Source: an uncultured Thermoleophilia bacterium (lineage in GTDB: Bacteria; Actinomycetota; Thermoleophilia; UBA2241). Taken from it: a stretch of DNA of 64,000 nt. Where the stretch lies: assembly GCA_963702475.1 (NCBI GenBank), contig CAVPCT010000003.1:704001-768000 (forward strand). The letters run 5' to 3'. Under the pieces are notes generated by a model. The model saw only the letters and a list, made by a program, of their open reading frames with translations, made no database searches and was not told the DNA's origin. The translations under genes were made by a program, and so were the position numbers. Shown one piece after another: positions 54,686 to 64,000 of this stretch. The number at the start of each line of letters is the position of its first letter. Position 1 is the stretch's first letter.

Positions 54686-56832
54686 GTGGGAGCGCGACGT
54701 CCGTGCCGGGCGGCGCGGCGACCCTCCCGGTCTCCTGCAACCGCGACTGCGGCGGCGGCTGCCCCTTGCTCGCGCACGTCGAGGGCGGCCGGGTCGCGCG
54801 CATCACGCACAACCCGGCCGGCGGGCCGTACCTCAAAGGCTGCATCCGCGGCTACCTGGCCGCCGAGCAGCTGTACGACCCGGCGCGGCTGACGAAGCCG
54901 CTGGTGCGCACCGGGCCGCGGGGGTCGGGCCAGTTCCGCGAGGTCTCCTGGCCCGAGGCGGTGCGTCTGGTCGCCGACGGCCTCGCGTGGGTGCGCGAGA
55001 AGCACGGCGACGGCGCCGTCCTCGGCCTCGGCGGCTCCGGCTCGTGCCGCGGCGCCCTGCATCACACCGGCCGCCTGCGCTCGCGCTTCCTGAACCTCGC
55101 CGGCGGTCACGTGAGCGAGTCGGACAGCTACAGCTCGGCGGCCATCCGGTTCACGGAACAGGTCGTGCTCGGCACGAACGACGGCGGCGTCGACGCGGGC
55201 ACCGTGCCGCACGCGGAGATGCTCGTGCTGTGGGGCGCGAACCTTATGGACTGCATCATGGGCTGCGAGTGGCGCGCGCGCGTGCGTGAGGCGAAGCGGA
55301 ACGGCGTCCCGGTGGTCGTGATCGACCCGCGGCGCACGGCGACGGCGAAACAGCTCGGCACCGAGTGGCTGCCGGTGCGGCCGGGCACCGATAGCACGCT
55401 CCTGCTCGGCCTGCTGCACGTGCTCGTCACGGAGGACCTCGTCGACGAGGCCTTCGTCGCCACGCACGCCACGGGGTTCGACCAGCTTCGCGCCCGGGTG
55501 CTCGGCGAGGGAGGCGCCGCGCCGGGGCTGCCCAGCGGCGGCCCGACGACTCCCGAGTGGGCCGAGACGGTCTGCGGGACTCCGACGCCGCGCATCGTCG
55601 CGCTGGCGCGCGCGTGGGCGTGCCGCCGGCCCACCATGCTCGTCCAGGGCCTGGCTGCCCAGCGCACGGTCGGCGGGGAGGAGGCCTCGCGCCTGGCTAT
55701 CGCCCTGCAGGTCGCGACCGGCAACCTCGGCCGCCTCGGCGGCTCCTCGGGCGGGCGCGTGTGGGACGCGCTGCCGCGCCCGCGCACGGGGCGCATGCCC
55801 GTCCCCGACGCCCCGGCGTCCACGACGATTGCCGTCAACGACTGGGCGCGCGTCCTGCTCGAGGGTCCGGCCGGCGGGTACCCGGAGGTGCACGCCGTCT
55901 ACAACGTCGGCGGCAACTACGTCGTCCAGGGTGCGGACGTCGGCTTGAACATGCGTGCCCTGCAGGCCTCGGAGTTCTCCGTGTGCCACGACCTCTTCCT
56001 CACGGCCACTGCACGGCAATGCGACGTCGTACTGCCGGCCACCCACTGGCTCGAGCGCGACGACGTCGTCGATTCGTGGGCCGACTTCCTGCTGTACTCG
56101 CACAAGGTCGCGGAGCCGCCGGGCGAGGCGCGTCACGACTACGACATCTTCGCGGAGATAGCCGAACGCATGGGGTTCGGCGAGGCGTTCACGGAGGGCA
56201 AGGGCGAGGCGGCCTGGCTCAGCGAGTTCCTGGCCGCCTCGGACGTCGAGGATGCGGACGAGTTCCGCCGGACAGGCATCTCGCTGTGCCCGGAGCGCGG
56301 GCGGGTCGGCCTGGAGGAGTTCGCGGCCGACCCGGAGCGGCACCCGCTGCCCACGCCGAGCGGCAAGGTCGAGCTGGCCGGCGCGGTCTGCGCGGCCGCC
56401 GGCCTCAGCGAAGCGCCCGAGGCGCGCCCGCAGCTTGTCGACCGGGCGCGCCCCCTCCGTCTCGTCACGCCCAAGTCGCGCGTGCGCATCCACTCCCAGC
56501 TGGCGGACCTGCCGGCGTTCCGGGCGCGCGACGATCGCGCGCTGTGTCTGAACCTTGAGGACGCGGCCGCGCGGCGCATCTCCGACGGCGACGCCGTCCT
56601 GATCGACAGCGCGCAGGGGCGCGTGCGCTGCGCCTGCCGCGTGACCGACGACGTCATGCCCGGCGTCGTCTCGGTGCTGGCGGGCGTCTCGCCCGAGTTC
56701 GCGGCCGACGGGGTCGACGAGGCCGGCTCGGCCAACGTGCTCACCTGCAGTGAGCCCACCCTGCCGAGCCGGGGCTGCCGCCTGCACTCCACGTGGGTGG
56801 AGGTCGAGCCCGTGGCGGGTCAGCGGTCCTGA
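54682..56832 (+). CDS. Molybdopterin-dependent oxidoreductase catalytic subunit (DmsA/BisC-like)
   Basis: CNRDCGGGC..C Fe-S motif, RLTKPL.R.G.RG.G.F, IDPRRT.TA, DVVLPATHWLE, TPSGKVEL, RIHSQ. Confidence 0.88.
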   Translation: MSGSATSVPGGAATLPVSCNRDCGGGCPLLAHVEGGRVARITHNPAGGPYLKGCIRGYLAAEQLYDPARLTKPLVRTGPRGSGQFREVSWPEAVRLVADGLAWVREKHGDGAVLGLGGSGSCRGALHHTGRLRSRFLNLAGGHVSESDSYSSAAIRFTEQVVLGTNDGGVDAGTVPHAEMLVLWGANLMDCIMGCEWRARVREAKRNGVPVVVIDPRRTATAKQLGTEWLPVRPGTDSTLLLGLLHVLVTEDLVDEAFVATHATGFDQLRARVLGEGGAAPGLPSGGPTTPEWAETVCGTPTPRIVALARAWACRRPTMLVQGLAAQRTVGGEEASRLAIALQVATGNLGRLGGSSGGRVWDALPRPRTGRMPVPDAPASTTIAVNDWARVLLEGPAGGYPEVHAVYNVGGNYVVQGADVGLNMRALQASEFSVCHDLFLTATARQCDVVLPATHWLERDDVVDSWADFLLYSHKVAEPPGEARHDYDIFAEIAERMGFGEAFTEGKGEAAWLSEFLAASDVEDADEFRRTGISLCPERGRVGLEEFAADPERHPLPTPSGKVELAGAVCAAAGLSEAPEARPQLVDRARPLRLVTPKSRVRIHSQLADLPAFRARDDRALCLNLEDAAARRISDGDAVLIDSAQGRVRCACRVTDDVMPGVVSVLAGVSPEFAADGVDEAGSANVLTCSEPTLPSRGCRLHSTWVEVEPVAGQRS

Positions 56833-56872
56833 GCCGCCCTGAGGATGAGGCCGCCGGCCTCGTCCCGGCCGC

Positions 56873-57874
56873 TCAGAGCACGCCGAGCAGCAGCAGAGCC
56901 GCGACGACCACGGCGAGCCCGATGCGGTACCAGCCGAAGATCGCCAGGCTGTGCCGGTTCAGGTAGCCCACCATCCACTTGATGGAGAGAGCCGCGGCGA
57001 CGAAGGCCGCGACGATGCCGATCACGGGCGCCACGATCCCCAGCGTGTCGACGATGGCGCCGCCCTCCTTGGCCGTCTCGTACAGTGATGCTCCTGTCAG
57101 GGTCACCAGACCGAGCAGGAAGCTGTACTCCACCGCCGCCTGCGTACTCAGTCCGACCAGGCGGCCGCCGAGGATGGTGATGAGGCTGCGGCTCACGCCG
57201 GGCCACATGGCGACGCACTGCAGCAGGCCGATCACGAGAGCCTGGCGGGCGGTGAGGTCCTCCAGGGCGTTGCCCTGCGCCGAGGTGCGCCCGGAGCGAT
57301 TGTCGTGACGGGCGACCGCGAGGATGACGAGACCGCCTGCCAGCCACGCAGCGGTGATCGGCCACAGGTCGAAGAGGTACTCCTTGAGCAGCTGCTCGCC
57401 GAGCACGCCGATGATGACGGCGGGGATCACCGAGGCGATGAGGGCGATCGCCACCTTGCGGCCGTCGGCGTCGCGTCCCACGACGCCGCGCAGGATGCTC
57501 CAGATGCGTCTCGCGTAGAGCACGAGCACGGCGAGGATGGCGCCGAACTGGATGACGATGACGTAGGCGTCGGTCGCGTCCTTGCTCTCCTGGGTGTCGG
57601 TGAGCCCCAGCGCCTCGGCGGCGAGCAGCAAATGGCCGGTGGAGCTCACCGGCAGGTACTCGGTGACGCCCTCCACGATGCCGAGGATCACGGCGTCGAC
57701 GTACGAGAGGACGGGCGGGCCGTCGTCGTTCTCCTGCGGCGACGGCGAAGGCTCCGCCGACGGCGTGCCGCTCGCGGATGCCGTGGCCGGGGCGGTCGCT
57801 ACGCAGGCCCCGGCCGTGACGACGAGGAACAGTGCGACAACGGCGAGCAGGGAGAGGACGGGTGGGCGTCGCAT
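56873..57874 (-). CDS. uppP: Undecaprenyl-diphosphate phosphatase with N-terminal signal and linker extension
   Basis: ILGIVEGVTEYLPVSSTGHL, IQFGAILAV, PGVSRS..TI, EYSFLL, FGWYRI. Confidence 0.92.
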   Translation of the reverse strand: MRRPPVLSLLAVVALFLVVTAGACVATAPATASASGTPSAEPSPSPQENDDGPPVLSYVDAVILGIVEGVTEYLPVSSTGHLLLAAEALGLTDTQESKDATDAYVIVIQFGAILAVLVLYARRIWSILRGVVGRDADGRKVAIALIASVIPAVIIGVLGEQLLKEYLFDLWPITAAWLAGGLVILAVARHDNRSGRTSAQGNALEDLTARQALVIGLLQCVAMWPGVSRSLITILGGRLVGLSTQAAVEYSFLLGLVTLTGASLYETAKEGGAIVDTLGIVAPVIGIVAAFVAAALSIKWMVGYLNRHSLAIFGWYRIGLAVVVAALLLLGVL

Positions 57875-58027
57875 CCGCCGTACTTTATGTGACGGCGTGG
57901 CCGCGTGCACCTTGCGCGCAGATCCCCGCGTTCCGCGCCGCGACGTCCCCATCGCCCACTCACACGCCGGTCACAGCGCCTGAACGTGCGCCCGTCATCG
58001 TGTCCTCCCCGACCGCGAGGAGGACCC

Positions 58028-58255
58028 GTGGCCAGACTGTACGCCCTCGGAGTGAGGTTGTGCGGCCCGGTCTGCGGCGCGACCACAGCCGTCCAGCACG
58101 TCCTCGTCCAGCGTCAGCGGGTGGTCCATTGCGCGGCGTGCGGCGCCCGCGTCGATCTCCAGTCCGTCGAGATGCGGCGCGAGGCGGCGAGGGTCGAGCG
58201 CGACTGGACCAGGTTCTGGGAGGACATGCGCGACGGGGCCGGGCCGCTGACCTGA
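58028..58255 (+). CDS. Small Zn-ribbon-like protein (paralog of 60018-60257)
   Basis: RBS GAGGAGG before GTG; C..C...C..CG motif. Confidence 0.55.
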   Translation: MARLYALGVRLCGPVCGATTAVQHVLVQRQRVVHCAACGARVDLQSVEMRREAARVERDWTRFWEDMRDGAGPLT

Positions 58256-58276
58256 CGCGGCTCGGGCGGGCGCCTC

Positions 58277-59713
58277 TCACTCCAGTCTGTGCGCCTTGAT
58301 CAGGTTCGTCTTGCCGGGCAGGTTCGCCTGGAGGCCTGCCGTGATGACCACCACGTCACCGCGGCACGCGAACGTGCGCTCGAGCACGAGCTCCACGGCC
58401 TCCCGGACGACCTCCTCGAAGCTGCCGCGCTGCGCCCCCAGGAGCGGTGTGACCCCCCAGACGAGGGCGAGCTGGTTCACTACCCGCGGGTTCGGGCTGA
58501 TCGCTACGACCGGCTGTGCGGGGAGGTTGCGGGCGACGGCGCGGGCGGTGGCGCCCGAGTACGTAGGGCTCACGATCGCCGCGGCGCCCACCCGGTGCGC
58601 GACTTCGCAGGCACCGTAGCTGATGGCGTCGGAGATGCCGGCGCCCCCCGAGGCCCACGGCTGCGGGGCGCGGCCCACCCGGGCGATGTCTGCCTCCACT
58701 GCCAGGGCGATGCACGCCATGGTGCGCACGGCCTCCACCGGGTAGGCGCCCACGGCCGTTTCGCCGGACAGCATGACCGCGCCGGTGGCATCGTAGATCG
58801 CGTTGGCCACGTCGCTGGCCTCGGCGCGGGTGGGACGCGGCGAGGAGACCATCGACTGCAGCATCTGCGTCGCCGTGATGACCGGCTTGCCGGCGACGTG
58901 ACAGGCGTGGATCAGCCGTTTCTGCCAGATGGGTACATCCCCCGGGTCGATCTCCACGCCGAGGTCGCCTCGGGCCACCATCACGGCGTCGGCCTCCGCC
59001 ACGATCTCCTGGTGGGCGGCCAGTGCCTCCTTCTTCTCGATCTTGGCCACCACGAGCTGGTCGCCGCCCTCGGCTGCGATGAGGTCCTTGAGCTCGCGCA
59101 CGTCGCCGGCGCTCCTCACGAACGACAGGGCGAAGTAGTCGACTCCCTGCTCGACGCCCCAGGCCACCGATGCGCGATCGGCCTCCGTGAGCGCGGTGAT
59201 GGGCAGCCGGGTGTCCGGCGCGTTGATCCCCTTGCGCGACTCCAGGACGCCGTCGTCGAGCGCCTCCAGCGCCACCGACCGCGCGGAGACGGCGCACACG
59301 CGAAAAGCCACGGCGCCGTCGTCGACGAGCACGAGATCGCCCGAGCGGAAGTGGCCGAGCAGGTCGGGGTAGTTGACTGAGGCGTGTGTATCGCTGCCCG
59401 CTCCGACGGGCACCACCTGGCCGCGCCGGACCTGGAGCGGGGCGGGCAGGTCTCCCAACCGCAGCTTGGGGCCCGGGAGGTCGACGAGCACGGCGACGGG
59501 CACGCCGCGGCGCCCGGCGGCGCTGCGCACGTCCTCGAGCGATGCCTCGTGGTCGCGCCGTGTGCCGTGTGACAGGTTGAGTCGCGCCACGTCCATGCCG
59601 GCGTCCACGAGCTCCGCGACTGCGTGCAGCCCCCTGGTGGCGGGCCCGAGGGTGGCGACGATCTTGGTCCTGCGCAGGGCGCCGTCGCGCCCAGTGCCGT
59701 CGGCCTGACTCAT
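58277..59713 (-). CDS. pyk: Pyruvate kinase
   Basis: RRTKIVATLGPA, ARLNLSHG, DLPGPKLR, AKIEK, MVARGDLGVE, ATQMLQSM..PRPTRAE. Confidence 0.96.
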   Translation of the reverse strand: MSQADGTGRDGALRRTKIVATLGPATRGLHAVAELVDAGMDVARLNLSHGTRRDHEASLEDVRSAAGRRGVPVAVLVDLPGPKLRLGDLPAPLQVRRGQVVPVGAGSDTHASVNYPDLLGHFRSGDLVLVDDGAVAFRVCAVSARSVALEALDDGVLESRKGINAPDTRLPITALTEADRASVAWGVEQGVDYFALSFVRSAGDVRELKDLIAAEGGDQLVVAKIEKKEALAAHQEIVAEADAVMVARGDLGVEIDPGDVPIWQKRLIHACHVAGKPVITATQMLQSMVSSPRPTRAEASDVANAIYDATGAVMLSGETAVGAYPVEAVRTMACIALAVEADIARVGRAPQPWASGGAGISDAISYGACEVAHRVGAAAIVSPTYSGATARAVARNLPAQPVVAISPNPRVVNQLALVWGVTPLLGAQRGSFEEVVREAVELVLERTFACRGDVVVITAGLQANLPGKTNLIKAHRLE

Positions 59714-59991
59714 CGCGCCACAGGGAGGACGAGGTCGGCGTCGGCAGTGCGCCTGAGCCGCTCGCGGAAGCCGTCGAGGCGAACGACGAAGTCGCCCTTC
59801 GCGAGGGACTCCTCGTCGGCGAGGTGGGGCGCTTCGTCGGCCTTGTACCGGGCGGCAGAGTGACCGAGGGCGTTGTGGCCCACGCGAGTCGCCTCGCCGT
59901 ACTGGTGCCCGCAGAGCACGAGGAAGACCTGGTCCCGCAGGCTGATGAAGTCGTCCCACACGCTCTGCGCGTCGTTGTCGGACCTCTCCAC
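59710..59991 (-). pseudogene. Fragment of a calcineurin-like metallophosphoesterase (C-terminal part)
   Basis: VWDDFIS..DQVFLVLCGHQ resembles the terminal GH motif; N-terminal motifs absent. Confidence 0.35.
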
Positions 59992-60017
59992 CTCTCCTCC
60001 TTGTCGCGACGGGGTCG

Positions 60018-60257
60018 TCACTGGTCCGTGCCCGTGGGGAACTCGGCGTTCCTGCGAAGCTCCTCCCACAGGAGCGCGCAGGCGAGGTCATCGCGGGGGA
60101 CGGCGCGTCTCACTTCGACCGCGTGCGGCTCGACGCCGGCGCCGCAGTGTCTGCAGGTGAAGGAGCACTGACCGCCTGTCCACGATGGCCTGGCCTCGAC
60201 CACGGTCTCGCACCGCGGGCAGCGCATCCTGAGCATCACCGAGTAGAGTGCCGGCAT
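60018..60257 (-). CDS. Small Zn-ribbon-like protein (paralog of 58028-58255)
   Basis: RBS GGAGG; RCPRC...TCRHCGA. Confidence 0.55.
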   Translation of the reverse strand: MPALYSVMLRMRCPRCETVVEARPSWTGGQCSFTCRHCGAGVEPHAVEVRRAVPRDDLACALLWEELRRNAEFPTGTDQ

Positions 60258-60470
60258 CCCTCCCCCTTTCGACTGTACGCTGGCAGGGCCGTGTGTGGAC
60301 GGCGCGACCAGGGGGTTAGGGGAGTGCTCGTCGCCACGCCTTGCGCACGCCACTGCGGCCAGCCGTTGTTCGCGGCCGGGCCCTCCCGGCCGGTTTCCCC
60401 GGCTCATGAGCGAGGAAGGAAAAAGGTAGGCCCGTTTGACGGACAACGGAGCGGCACTCGGAGGTGCATC

Positions 60471-60776
60471 ATGAGACTCTCCAAGCTGAAGGGCCTCGTC
60501 GTGGCAGTGGCGGCCGGCGTCTCGACGCTCGCGTTCGGAGTGTCGAGCGCGTGGGCGACGACCACGCCGCCCGGAGCCTACCTGTGGCCGGGGGACGCCC
60601 CCGGTGATACGGCATCGCTCGTCTTCGCAGCGATCGCGGTGGCCGTGACGGCGGCCGTGGCTGCCGTGTACGGCGTCCTGACGCTTCGCTCGCGGCGCTC
60701 TCCGGGAGAGCTGGCCGACGTGCACGAGATCGGTACGACCCGGCGCGCCTCCGGCGACCAGCGCAAGGCGGCGTGA
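60471..60776 (+). CDS. Small secreted or membrane-anchored hypothetical protein
   Basis: RBS GGAGG; signal peptide ending SAWA; C-terminal TM helix. Confidence 0.6.
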   Translation: MRLSKLKGLVVAVAAGVSTLAFGVSSAWATTTPPGAYLWPGDAPGDTASLVFAAIAVAVTAAVAAVYGVLTLRSRRSPGELADVHEIGTTRRASGDQRKAA

Positions 60777-60919
60777 CGCCCAACGAGACCCGGCGGGCGG
60801 GACTGCGTGAGCAGCCCGCCCGCCGTTCTGCATGCCCGCCTGCCCGGTCCCCATGCGCGTGAACGCGCCGCCGGAACGGCGACGCCGCGCCGGCGCGCAG
60901 CACGAGACGCCAGGCCTCC

Positions 60920-62122
60920 TCACCGCCCGCCTGGACCGTCCGCCAGCCCAGCCTCGGGCGGCGGCACGCGAGGCAGGTCGCCGGGAAGCATCACGTCGCC
61001 GTCCTTGCCGGGCCCGGTCTCGCCGGCCCGCTGTGCCGTGCGCAGCGCGATGAGGTCCCGCCCCAGCACCCAGGCCGCCGAGGCCAGCGGGATCGCCAGC
61101 AGCACGCCGACGATCCCGCCGAGGCTGGCGCCGACCAGAGCGGCGACGAACACCACCAGCGGGCTCAGCGCCACGGTCTTGGAGTACACGAGGGCCTGCA
61201 GCACGTTGTTCTCGAACTGCTGGTAGAGCACGAAGAACACCACCAGCACCACGCCGTCCACGACGCCGCCGGTGGCGAATCCGACGATGCAGACGATCAC
61301 CGCGCCGATGGTGGCCCCGACCAGCGGGATGATGTCGAGGATGGCCACGAGCACGGCCAGGGTCTCCGCGTAAGGGACCCCCAGGACCTTGAGGACGATG
61401 TACGACGTGATGCCCGCGACGATGCTGATGGCGAGGTTGCCACGCACGTAGCCGCCGGTGGCGCGCAGGAAGTTCTGGCCGATACGCTCGGCCCACACGC
61501 GCTGCTCGCCGACCAGCATCGTCGTGAAGGAGAGCCAGGCGCGCGGCCCTTCGATGAGCATCATCACCATGATCGTGAGGATGGTGATGGTGGCGGCGAT
61601 GATGGAGGCCGCCCGCGTGAGTGCGCTCACGATGGTCGCCTGGCTGCCCATGAGCACCTTGCCGACCTGCTCCGGCGTCACGTCGCGCAAGCGCTCGACC
61701 ACGTGCAGGTTGACCTCCATCCAGCGCAGCGCGCCGCCGGGGCCGAACAGCGAATCCACGAGTCCGGGCAGCGCTCTGATGAAGTCGTCCGCCTGCGTGA
61801 TGACCGGCCAGGCGATGGCCACCGCGGCGCCGGCGATGAGGAGCACCGTGGCGAGTGACACCACGAGCGAGGCCAGGACACGGTGCCAGCGATGCCGCTC
61901 GAGCCAGCCCACGGCCGGCTGCAGCGCGACGGCGAGCACGATGCCGATGAGCACCCAGAGCAGGATGCTGCGGATCTGCCACAGCACGATCACCAGCCCG
62001 ACGACCGCGAGGACCGTCACCGTCACGATCCCCGCGCGGCGGATGAGCTCCGTCGCAGGTACCTTGGGCGGCTGTGGCTGTCGCTGCGGCGTTGGGCTGT
62101 CCACCTGCGGGTGCCCCTTCAC
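60920..62122 (-). CDS. AI-2E family transporter
   Basis: LAVALQP.V..L, GGYVRG, IIPLVGATIG, YQQFENNVL, GGIVGVLLAIP. Confidence 0.88.
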   Translation of the reverse strand: MKGHPQVDSPTPQRQPQPPKVPATELIRRAGIVTVTVLAVVGLVIVLWQIRSILLWVLIGIVLAVALQPAVGWLERHRWHRVLASLVVSLATVLLIAGAAVAIAWPVITQADDFIRALPGLVDSLFGPGGALRWMEVNLHVVERLRDVTPEQVGKVLMGSQATIVSALTRAASIIAATITILTIMVMMLIEGPRAWLSFTTMLVGEQRVWAERIGQNFLRATGGYVRGNLAISIVAGITSYIVLKVLGVPYAETLAVLVAILDIIPLVGATIGAVIVCIVGFATGGVVDGVVLVVFFVLYQQFENNVLQALVYSKTVALSPLVVFVAALVGASLGGIVGVLLAIPLASAAWVLGRDLIALRTAQRAGETGPGKDGDVMLPGDLPRVPPPEAGLADGPGGR

Positions 62123-62308
62123 GTGCGGTCTACTGCCCCTGCGGCAGAGAGCGTATCACCGGACGCTCTGTGTCCGGGCGCAGCCGACCACTGACGAGTG
62201 CGCCTGCGGTCCACCCCTCGCGGCGCTCTTCATGACATGCAGCGTGCGGTGTGCCTGAAGGTGCACCGCGCGTCGACCGCCTTCCGGCCGTCGCGCCGCC
62301 TGCCGCGG

Positions 62309-63061
62309 TCAGTCACGCCCGCAGACCGGGCAGGGGCGCATGCCCAGCGGCCGCTCGAGCCCGCTGTCCGCGAGCAGTCCGTCGTCGCGGAACACGTCGC
62401 CGGTGGCTCGATCGGCCACGATCCGTCCCCGGCTCATCACGATCGTGCGCTCGCACAGCTCGGCGGCCAGGTCGAGATCGTGCGTCGCGATGATGCGCGT
62501 GTGCTCGAACGAGGTCAGAAGGCCGATGAGCCGGCGGCGCGCGCGAGCGTCGAGTCCGCTGGAAGGCTCGTCCAGGACGAGGATGCTCGACTCCATGGCG
62601 AGCACGGTGGCGATCGCCACCACGCGCTTCTCGCCGCCCGACAGGTGGTAGGGGGGGCGTTCCCTCAGGTGGTCGGCGCCCACGCGCGCGAGCGCCTGGT
62701 CGACGCGGGCCGCGACGTCGGCCGGCGGCAGCCCGAGGTTCAGCGGCCCGAAGGCCACATCCTCGGCCACCGTCGGCATGAAGAGCTGGTCGTCGGGGTC
62801 CTGGAAGACCATGCCGACGGTGCGGCGGATGTCGGGCAGGGTGCCCTTGGTCACGGGGATGCCGCCGATGTCGACGGAGCCGTGCTCCGGGGTGAGCAGG
62901 CCGTTGAGGTGCAGCAGCAGGGTCGACTTGCCCGCGCCGTTGGCGCCGACGACGGCGATCGCCTCGCCGTGCCCGACCTCGAACGAGACGCCCTCCAGGG
63001 CTCGCGTCCCATCCGGATACTCGAAGCTCAGGTCGCGGACGCTGATGGTGTGGTGGCTCAT
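62309..63061 (-). CDS. cbiO: ECF-type Co/Ni transporter ATPase
   Basis: GANGAGKST, VFQDPDDQLF, LSGGEKR, LVLDEP, IATHD. Confidence 0.9.
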   Translation of the reverse strand: MSHHTISVRDLSFEYPDGTRALEGVSFEVGHGEAIAVVGANGAGKSTLLLHLNGLLTPEHGSVDIGGIPVTKGTLPDIRRTVGMVFQDPDDQLFMPTVAEDVAFGPLNLGLPPADVAARVDQALARVGADHLRERPPYHLSGGEKRVVAIATVLAMESSILVLDEPSSGLDARARRRLIGLLTSFEHTRIIATHDLDLAAELCERTIVMSRGRIVADRATGDVFRDDGLLADSGLERPLGMRPCPVCGRD

Positions 63062-63870
63062 CCGGCGAGCTCCGTCACGAGACGGCCCACGAACAGCGGC
63101 AGGTCGACGAGGCGGAACACCACGAACGCGGCCGACCAGGCGAGCAGGAAGACGAGGTCGGCCGCTCCGAAGTGCAGCTGCCGCGCCACGCGGATGCGGC
63201 CGTCGAAGCCGCGCGACTTCATGGCGAGGTACAGGCGCTGGGCGCGCGCCAGGGTCCGCAGCAGGAGCTGGCCGAGCATCTGCCCGTACACACGCCAGCC
63301 CATCCCGCGCCGCCCGAAGCTGCGCAGGCGGCGCGCCTGGCTCATCCTGGTCGCCTCTTCGCCCAGCACGAAGATGTAGCGGAAGAGAAGGAGAAGCTGC
63401 GTGACCAGCACGTCCGGCACGCGCAGCTGCTGCAGCGCCAGGCAGATGCCGGTGAACCCGGTCGTGGCGGTGAGCACCAGGGCCGCCCCGGCGGTGAGCA
63501 GGAAGCGCAGGACGATGGAGGCGTATGAGACCCAGCCGCCGCTGATGCCCCAGCTGCCGATGTAGACGATGATCTCGCGGTCGAAGAAGGGGTTGAACGC
63601 GCCCATGACGAGGGCGAACGGCGAGACGACCAGGAGCAGGCGGCCGAGGAAGCCGAGAGGCAGGCCGCCCTCCGTCGCCAGGACCACGGGGAAGACGGCG
63701 AACGGCAGCAGGCCGAGCAGGTCGTACTTGCCGTAGGAGACGACGCAGACGATGTAGACGGCGGTGGCGAGGACTTTGGAGCGGGGGTCGACGCGGTGGA
63801 CGGGGGTGTCGAGCCGCGACAGCCTGTCGAGCCGGTCGAGGGCGGAGAGGCCGGTGGCGACGGACGACAC
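63058..63870 (-). CDS. cbiQ: ECF-type Co/Ni transporter transmembrane subunit
   Basis: HRVDPRSK, LFRYIFVL.EE..RM..ARRLR, AMKSRGFDG. Confidence 0.9.
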   Translation of the reverse strand: MSSVATGLSALDRLDRLSRLDTPVHRVDPRSKVLATAVYIVCVVSYGKYDLLGLLPFAVFPVVLATEGGLPLGFLGRLLLVVSPFALVMGAFNPFFDREIIVYIGSWGISGGWVSYASIVLRFLLTAGAALVLTATTGFTGICLALQQLRVPDVLVTQLLLLFRYIFVLGEEATRMSQARRLRSFGRRGMGWRVYGQMLGQLLLRTLARAQRLYLAMKSRGFDGRIRVARQLHFGAADLVFLLAWSAAFVVFRLVDLPLFVGRLVTELAG

Positions 63871-63883
63871 GGTCTCGCCGGCC

Positions 63884-64000
63884 TCAGACGATCTCGCCCG
63901 TGGTGGTCGCCACGAACTTGCCGTGCTTGACGCCCTTGGTGCCGATCAGGCCGTCGGCGATGCGCTTGATGTCGCGGGCGACGCCGCGCAGCACGACGAC
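63884..64000 (-). CDS. nikR: Nickel-responsive regulator NikR, C-terminal end (partial)
   Basis: My translation [38 protein letters not shown] matches the NikR C-terminus. Confidence 0.8.
   Translation of the reverse strand, partial: VVVLRGVARDIKRIADGLIGTKGVKHGKFVATTTGEIV

Overview
Very GC-rich bacterial window, probably an anaerobic Actinomycetota of the Thermoleophilia type (inferred from two-subunit GlyQS, Firmicutes-like recO-glyQS-ppdK-dnaG-rpoD order, expanded cyclase-STAND genes, and corrinoid and Fix genes). 1-15.4 kb is housekeeping (thyX, DUF1385, prfA, an inserted Phd/VapC toxin-antitoxin pair, prmC, recO, glyQS, ppdK, dnaG, rpoD, tRNA-Asn). A decayed integrative island follows tRNA-Asn (15.4 to about 22 kb). 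It holds a tyrosine integrase with a Zn-ribbon insert, truncated McrC, Vsr, Ala-rich and 11-mer repeat proteins, and an internally deleted second integrase copy. The rest is accessory: amtB, agmatine deiminase, CoA-transferase AB, a MalT-like regulator, a secreted repeat protein, an ABC substrate-binding protein, two tandem adenylate cyclase-STAND-TPR genes with near-identical ends and divergent middles next to an MFS-cNMP transporter, an acyl-CoA dehydrogenase-fixCXAB operon, a degenerate tRNA, a corrinoid methyltransferase remnant, a molybdopterin oxidoreductase, uppP, pyk, an AI-2E transporter and cbiQO/nikR. Single-base frameshifts (glyS, ppdK, MalT-like) look like sequencing error. Several deletion junctions may be real decay or misassembly. 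All calls are from motif recognition by eye; no database searches were run.
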